Shown here piece after piece: positions 47,617-52,661 of a DNA stretch of 52,661 nucleotides. The notes beneath the pieces are model-generated. The model saw only the letters and a list, made by a program, of their open reading frames with translations. It searched no databases and was not told the DNA's origin. The stretch covers positions 1-52,661 of the forward strand of contig JAYTSD010000035.1 in the NCBI GenBank assembly GCA_043745805.1, in the 5' to 3' direction. This DNA is from Fibrobacteria bacterium. Lineage in GTDB: Bacteria > Fibrobacterota > Fibrobacteria > UBA11236. Position 1 is the first letter of the stretch. Each line of letters begins with the position of its first letter. The position numbers were made by a program, and so were the translations under genes.

Positions 47617-48596
47617 AGTTGCACGAAAACAAACAACTATTCAGGCAAGCGATTGAGGCTGCGGGACAGCATAAAGATATCCCTGCTATTTACATTGAGA
47701 AGGATTATTGGGTTACCTATGCTTTGCATACCATTTTCAAAAATGAAATTGGAAAGGAAACCGTATTCAAAGGCGGCACTGCATTGTCAAAATGTTTCGA
47801 ATTAATTGGAAGGTTTTCGGAAGACATAGATTTGATTGTATTGCGTCATGAGGGAGAATCGAACAACAAACTCACCAACAAAATAAAAGAGATAAGTCGC
47901 GTGGTGGCCCACGCATTACCCGAAGTAGAAATAAAGAATGTAACGCGAAAAAAGGGAATGAATCGTAAAACCGCTCATACCTACAGCAAAGAATTCACAG
48001 CGGATTACGGACAAGTGAGAGATGTGATAATTGTAGAAGCCACATGGCTTGGCTATTACGAGCCCTACACCACCAAAATGGTGAACTCATACATTTATGA
48101 AATGATGATAGCGACAGGACAAGAAAAAATTGCAGCGGAATATGAGTTACTTCCATTTGAAGTGCAAGTGTTGGAACCAAAAAGAACGGTATGTGAAAAG
48201 ATTATGAGTTTGGTGCGTTTCTCATACAGCGAACATCCGATTGATGATTTGAAAAACAAAATCCGTCATACCTATGATTTACATCAATTGTTGCTACAAA
48301 CAGAATTACGTGATTTTTTTCAGTCCGCGGATTTTGACAAGTTATTATTGAAAGTCGCCAATGATGATGTAGTGAGTTACCAAAACAACAATAATTGGTT
48401 AGTGCATCATCCGAAGGATTCTTTGATGTTTAATAAACTGGAAGATGTTTGGACTGACTTGAAAACAACTTATAATGGAGAGTTCAGAGCATTGGTGTTT
48501 GGTGATTTTCCTTCGGAAGCAAAAATATTTGAAACACTGATGATGATTAAAAATCGCTTTTTAAAAATTAAATGGACCATTACAATCAATAAATGA
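47613..48596 (+). CDS. AbiEii/AbiGii nucleotidyltransferase toxin
   Basis: IEKDYWV, FKGGTALSK, RFSEDIDL, EKI, RHTYDLH; ATGA overlap. Confidence 0.9.
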   Translation: MKLHENKQLFRQAIEAAGQHKDIPAIYIEKDYWVTYALHTIFKNEIGKETVFKGGTALSKCFELIGRFSEDIDLIVLRHEGESNNKLTNKIKEISRVVAHALPEVEIKNVTRKKGMNRKTAHTYSKEFTADYGQVRDVIIVEATWLGYYEPYTTKMVNSYIYEMMIATGQEKIAAEYELLPFEVQVLEPKRTVCEKIMSLVRFSYSEHPIDDLKNKIRHTYDLHQLLLQTELRDFFQSADFDKLLLKVANDDVVSYQNNNNWLVHHPKDSLMFNKLEDVWTDLKTTYNGEFRALVFGDFPSEAKIFETLMMIKNRFLKIKWTITINK

Positions 48597-48656
48597 AATT
48601 TACGAAAAACCCTGATTTAGCTGAATTGCAAACATATTCACAAAGGACAATCCGAA

Positions 48657-50732
48657 ATGACCTCATCAAGCAATAATGACTCGGTCCCATCGGTTTCGGT
48701 AAACTATGCGGCCAATGGACTATCCACCAAAGCCAATGAGTTGGGCATGCGGCCCATGCAAGAGCGTGCTTATGAAAGACGTGGAGAACAATATCTACTA
48801 ATCAAATCACCACCTGCTTCGGGTAAAAGCCGAGCACTAATGTTTGTTGCGCTCGACAAATTGCATAATCAAGGGCTTAAACAAGCCATCATTGTCGTGC
48901 CCGAAAAATCTATCGGCTCTAGTTTTCATAATGAAGCTCTCTCTCAATTTGGTTTTTGGGCGGACTGGACTGTGCAACCGAGATGGAATCTTTGCGATGC
49001 TCCGGGAGAAGATGGTGGCAAGGTGAATTCAGTCGGTTCTTTTTTGGCCAGCGAAGATAAAGTATTGGTTTGCACGCATGCTACCTTTCGCTTTGCAGTA
49101 GATAGGTTAGGTGTCGCAGCCTTTGATAATCGTCTCATTGCAGTAGATGAATTTCATCATGTATCCGCCAATCCCGATAATAAATTGGGCGCTCATTTGG
49201 GCGACTTTATTGTCCGCGATAAAGTGCATATCGTTGCCATGACAGGTTCTTATTTCCGAGGGGATGCCGAAGCCGTACTCTCATCCCAAGATGAAGCAAA
49301 ATTTGATACCGTAACTTACACGTATTATGAACAACTCAATGGTTATCGCTATTTAAAGCAACTCGATATTGGCTATTATTTTTATTCAGGTTCATATACC
49401 GAGGATATTTTAAAAGTTTTGAATCCTTTGGAAAAAACCATTGTCCATATTCCCAATGTCAATTCACGCGAAAGCACCAAGGATAAGCTCAAAGAAGTGG
49501 AGCATATTTTCAATGCAATAGGAGCATGGCAGGGTACCGACCAGGCTACTGGATTCCAACTCGTAAAAACACCAGAGGGCAAAATCTTGCGCATTGCCGA
49601 TTTGGTGGACGATGATATGACGAAACGCGACAAGGTTTCTTCCGCATTAAAAGACGCTACGCAAAAAAATAATCGTGACCATGTGGATATTATCATTGCT
49701 TTGGGAATGGCTAAGGAAGGCTTTGATTGGATTTGGTGCGAACATGCTTTGACCATCGGTTATCGTTCAAGTCTCACTGAAATCATACAAATCATAGGCC
49801 GCGCCACTCGCGATGCCGAAGGCAAAACGCGATCTCGCTTTACCAATTTGATCGCTGAGCCCAATGCCAGCGAACAAGCGGTCGCCGAAGCTGTCAATGA
49901 TACTCTAAAGGCCATTGCAGCTAGCCTGCTCATGGAACAAGTGCTTGCTCCGCGCTTCGAATTCAAAGCAAAAAATCCGAACAATGGTCCGATAGAAGGT
50001 TTCGATTATGGGGAAAATGGCTTTGCCCCTGATAAATGCAATGTGGGTTTTAATCCCGCTACGGGCCAAATCCAAATGGAAATTATTGGATTGGCCGAAC
50101 CCAAAAGTGAAGCCGCTGCTAAAATTTGTCGTCAGGATTTAAATGAAGTAATTGCTTCATTTGTTCAAGATAAAACATCCCTTGAACGTGGTTTATTTGA
50201 TGAAGAAACTGTACCCGAAGAATTGACTCAAGTACGTATGGGTAAAATCATCAAAGAAAAATATCCTGAGCTGGACGATGCCGATCAAGAAGCGGTTCGT
50301 CAACATGCGATAGCAGCATTGAATCTGATTCAGCAAGGCAAAAAAATGATTCTTGCTGAACCTAATCCTCCAAAGTATGAGGTTGCATTGAACACCGCCT
50401 TGATTGATGGCGTGCGAAAATTTGCTATGGATGTAAAAGAATTAAGTATTGATTTAATTGATAGTATTAATCCCTTCAGCGAAGCTTATGCTATTCTTGC
50501 CAAAGCTATGAACGAAGACAGTTTGAAACAGGTGGCAGCTATTATTTCAGCCAAGCGTACCGCATTAAGCCCTGAAGAAGCCAAAGAATTAGCCATACGC
50601 GCCGTTAGATTCAAAAAAGAAAGAGGACGAGTCCCCTCGCTTAATTCCCTAGATTCTTGGGAAAAGAAAATGGCTGAAGGAGCAAGCGCCTTTGTCCGTT
50701 TCAAAGACGAAGGGCGTTATGAGCGAACTTGA
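48657..50732 (+). CDS. YeeB-like SF2 DEAD/DEAH-box helicase/ATPase
   Basis: Walker A SPPASGKS, Walker B DEFH, MTGS, GMAKEGFD, QIIGRATR. Confidence 0.9.
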   Translation: MTSSSNNDSVPSVSVNYAANGLSTKANELGMRPMQERAYERRGEQYLLIKSPPASGKSRALMFVALDKLHNQGLKQAIIVVPEKSIGSSFHNEALSQFGFWADWTVQPRWNLCDAPGEDGGKVNSVGSFLASEDKVLVCTHATFRFAVDRLGVAAFDNRLIAVDEFHHVSANPDNKLGAHLGDFIVRDKVHIVAMTGSYFRGDAEAVLSSQDEAKFDTVTYTYYEQLNGYRYLKQLDIGYYFYSGSYTEDILKVLNPLEKTIVHIPNVNSRESTKDKLKEVEHIFNAIGAWQGTDQATGFQLVKTPEGKILRIADLVDDDMTKRDKVSSALKDATQKNNRDHVDIIIALGMAKEGFDWIWCEHALTIGYRSSLTEIIQIIGRATRDAEGKTRSRFTNLIAEPNASEQAVAEAVNDTLKAIAASLLMEQVLAPRFEFKAKNPNNGPIEGFDYGENGFAPDKCNVGFNPATGQIQMEIIGLAEPKSEAAAKICRQDLNEVIASFVQDKTSLERGLFDEETVPEELTQVRMGKIIKEKYPELDDADQEAVRQHAIAALNLIQQGKKMILAEPNPPKYEVALNTALIDGVRKFAMDVKELSIDLIDSINPFSEAYAILAKAMNEDSLKQVAAIISAKRTALSPEEAKELAIRAVRFKKERGRVPSLNSLDSWEKKMAEGASAFVRFKDEGRYERT

Positions 50733-51897
50733 TGATTTACGTGACGAACTCGAAGAGTTCGCACAACCTAAAAAAGAAGGCGGCAGAACAACGCGCGAAG
50801 AGCGTATCATTGCGGGTTTTGAAGACATTCAGCAATTTGTAAAAAAGCAAGGGCATTTGCCGCAGCATGGTGAGGGCAAAGATATTTTTGAAAGAATATA
50901 TGCTGTTCGCCTGGATCGTTTGCGAATGCAAGAGGAATGCAGATCTCTATTAGCTCCACTCGATACTCAAGGACTCTTGGTAAAAGCTGAAAAAGGCGAT
51001 GTAGTTCGTGAAGCCGAACCAGAGTATATGAGTGAGGATGAATTGGCAGCCGAACTAGGTGGTACCAAGCAACTCACTGAATTACGTTATGTTCGTTCCA
51101 AAGCGGAAATTGAAGCTGCCGAAGAAATCGCCACTCGCGAAAAATGTATGGATTTCGAAAAGTTTGATCCTCTTTTCAAAAAGGTGGACGGCGAAATTAA
51201 ATCTGGAATACGAAAGTCCATTCGATTCGGAAAAGATATAAACATCAGTAAAGGAAATTTCTTCATCCTCAATGGACAAATGGTTTATATCGCTGAAATC
51301 GTGGAAGAGATTAGTGCGCCTAATGGCGAAAATAATGATCGTTTGCGCGCCATCTATTCTAATGGAACCGAGAGTAATTTATTAATTCGATCCTTGCAGC
51401 GTGCGCTTTATAAAGATGAATCTGGACGAAGATTGCTTAATCCCGATTATAGCTCGCTTCCTTTGTTTGGGGAAACGCTCGACGAAGATGATGAAGAGAC
51501 CGGAACCATTTATGTATTGAGCAGTGAATCAGACAATCCCTATATCGCCGAACATCGAAATTTGATTCACAAAATTGGAGTCACGGGCGGCAAAGTCGAA
51601 ACGCGTATTTCACAAGCGAAAACTGATGCTACCTATCTCTTAGCCGAAGTGAAAATTGTTGCTACCTACAAATTAGTCGGGATCAATCGTACCAAGCTTG
51701 AGAATTTAATACATCGTATTTTCGCGCCAGCTCAAATCAACTTAACGATTTCGGATCGATTCGGAAATCCAGTTCAACCGAGAGAATGGTTTCTTGTTCC
51801 TATTCAAGTAATTGAAGAAGCTATTGAGAAGATTCGTGATGGCTCCATCACTCAAGTAATTTATGATCCCAAATCCGCAAGGTTGATTCCACGATGA
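50719..51897 (+). CDS. YeeC-like GIY-YIG (T5orf172-domain) nuclease
   Basis: GTIYVL, HKIGVT, RI, LENLIH, REWF; YSNGTESNLL; start at ATG 50719 overlapping the helicase end. Confidence 0.87.
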   Translation: MSELDDLRDELEEFAQPKKEGGRTTREERIIAGFEDIQQFVKKQGHLPQHGEGKDIFERIYAVRLDRLRMQEECRSLLAPLDTQGLLVKAEKGDVVREAEPEYMSEDELAAELGGTKQLTELRYVRSKAEIEAAEEIATREKCMDFEKFDPLFKKVDGEIKSGIRKSIRFGKDINISKGNFFILNGQMVYIAEIVEEISAPNGENNDRLRAIYSNGTESNLLIRSLQRALYKDESGRRLLNPDYSSLPLFGETLDEDDEETGTIYVLSSESDNPYIAEHRNLIHKIGVTGGKVETRISQAKTDATYLLAEVKIVATYKLVGINRTKLENLIHRIFAPAQINLTISDRFGNPVQPREWFLVPIQVIEEAIEKIRDGSITQVIYDPKSARLIPR

Positions 51898-51904
51898 GTA
51901 GAAA

Positions 51905-51924
51905 CGTTGATTGTAGGGGCACAA
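51905..51924 (+). repeat. GTAG-type REP-like repeat, copy 1
   Basis: CGTTGATTGTAGGGGCACAA; 19/20 identical to 52637-52656. Confidence 0.65.
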
Positions 51925-51999
51925 CATAATCAAACTAGATCTATTCCGCAATGTGATTAAAAAATCCAAAAAAATCCGTTTTTTCAACAACCATAACTG

Positions 52000-52028
52000 T
52001 TGCCATTAGGCACACATCATGTTATACT
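52000..52028 (+). promoter_or_regulatory. Leaderless sigma70 promoter with extended -10
   Basis: TTGCCA 52000-52005, N17, TGn-TATACT (hexamer 52023-52028), 7 nt, ATG 52036. Confidence 0.7.
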
Positions 52029-52035
52029 TTTAAAT

Positions 52036-52320
52036 ATGACCGATATTCAATTCGACTGGAATGATGAAAAAAATGCGAAGTTGATTGCTGAGAGGAATAT
52101 ATCCTTTGAAGAAATTGTTCACTTTATTGAAAATGGAAATGTTCTATCAATAATTGACCATCCTAATCAAGAAAAATATCCTGGCCAACGCATATTCATT
52201 ATTCAAATAAGGGATTATGTGTGTATGGTTCCATTCGTCCAAGAAAAAAATACAGTTTTTCTAAAAACCATTATACCTAGTCGCAAAGCCACTCGTGATT
52301 TTAAAGGAGGTGAAATATGA
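52036..52320 (+). CDS. BrnT-like toxin
   Basis: FDWNDEKN...ERNISFEE, HPNQEKYPGQ, VPFV, FLKTIIPSRKAT. Confidence 0.85.
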   Translation: MTDIQFDWNDEKNAKLIAERNISFEEIVHFIENGNVLSIIDHPNQEKYPGQRIFIIQIRDYVCMVPFVQEKNTVFLKTIIPSRKATRDFKGGEI

Positions 52321-52592
52321 AATTGGACGCTTACGAAAAAGAAATTCTTGATCATGTGGGCAATCTGAAAAAATTGCCGCAAGTTGATAAAAAAGAAATG
52401 CGGAAATGGCAAACAGTTGCTCGTGAAACTTTGAAAAAAGATAAACGCATTAATATTCGAATGACTGAGCATGACTTCGAATCCATTCAAAGAAAAGCCA
52501 TACAAGAAGGACTTCCCTATCAGACCTTGATTTCAAGCTTAATTCATAAGTATATAACGGGTACTTTTGTGGAGAAGAAAGTAGCTGGGTAA
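52317..52592 (+). CDS. BrnA/CopG-like antitoxin
   Basis: KRINIRM...IQRKAIQEGLPYQTLISSLIHKY; AGGAGG SD; ATGA overlap with the toxin. Confidence 0.87.
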   Translation: MKLDAYEKEILDHVGNLKKLPQVDKKEMRKWQTVARETLKKDKRINIRMTEHDFESIQRKAIQEGLPYQTLISSLIHKYITGTFVEKKVAG

Positions 52593-52606
52593 ATATTAAG
52601 TCGGAA

Positions 52607-52637
52607 GTGGGACACTTCGACAGGCTAAGTGACCCGC
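52607..52637. repeat. REP-like palindrome, second copy (degenerate)
   Basis: GTGGGACACTTCGACAGGCTAAGTGACCCGC; shares CACTTCGACARGCTMAGTGACC with 21106-21134. Confidence 0.65.
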
Positions 52638-52656
52638 GTTGGTTGTAGGGGCACAA
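52637..52656 (+). repeat. GTAG-type REP-like repeat, copy 2
   Basis: CGTTGGTTGTAGGGGCACAA; the element may continue past the window edge. Confidence 0.6.
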
Positions 52657-52661
52657 AATGT

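Noticed and set aside
43896-51897. BREX, DISARM or Type I/III R-M assignment
   Set aside because: No pglZ/brxC, drmA/drmB, hsdS/hsdR or mod/res architecture; the gene set fits a YeeABC-like arrangement.
976-52656. Numerous 60-180 aa ORFs antisense or out of frame to long genes (e.g. 6875-7330, 20787-21320, 25337-25789, 29791-30252, 34480-35025)
   Set aside because: They shadow well-supported genes and show no recognisable motifs.

Overview
Bacterial chromosomal window, AT-rich by eye, most consistent with Fibrobacterota (TIGR02147-family gene paired with a lipoprotein; this assignment is an inference). Left to right: (1) a secreted six-Asp-box beta-propeller gene divergent from a TIGR02147/DUF4423 HTH gene and a coupled lipoprotein, with four phased GTTTATAAAC-like boxes between them. 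(2) A Crp/Fnr regulator with three 23-bp-phased boxes in front of an NTF2-like gene. (3) Two co-oriented heavy-metal RND efflux operons (Czc-like, then Cus-like) with no regulator gene nearby. Each is led by a paralogous small exported Cys/His-rich ORF ending in PPLYLTxLxLL(I/V) and by a shared intergenic motif; this is the best candidate for an undescribed leader-peptide control system. (4) Housekeeping genes (ilvC, ffh-rpsP-rimM-trmD-rplS, tyrS, hemJ, glpK, zwf), with an SD-led 8-codon mini-ORF running through a terminator before rimM, and a membrane pseudokinase divergent from a TPR gene. (5) A defence/TA island from about 40.4 kb: truncated ORF6N, orphan PD-(D/E)xK-like nuclease, ArsR-SRPBCC, an orphaned antitoxin behind a toxin stub, a YeeA/YeeB/YeeC-like MTase-helicase-GIY-YIG system split by an AbiEi/AbiEii cassette, and a BrnT/BrnA-like pair flanked by REP-like repeats. 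No rRNA, tRNA, CRISPR array, integrase or transposase was seen. All family calls are by motif recognition; no database search was run.
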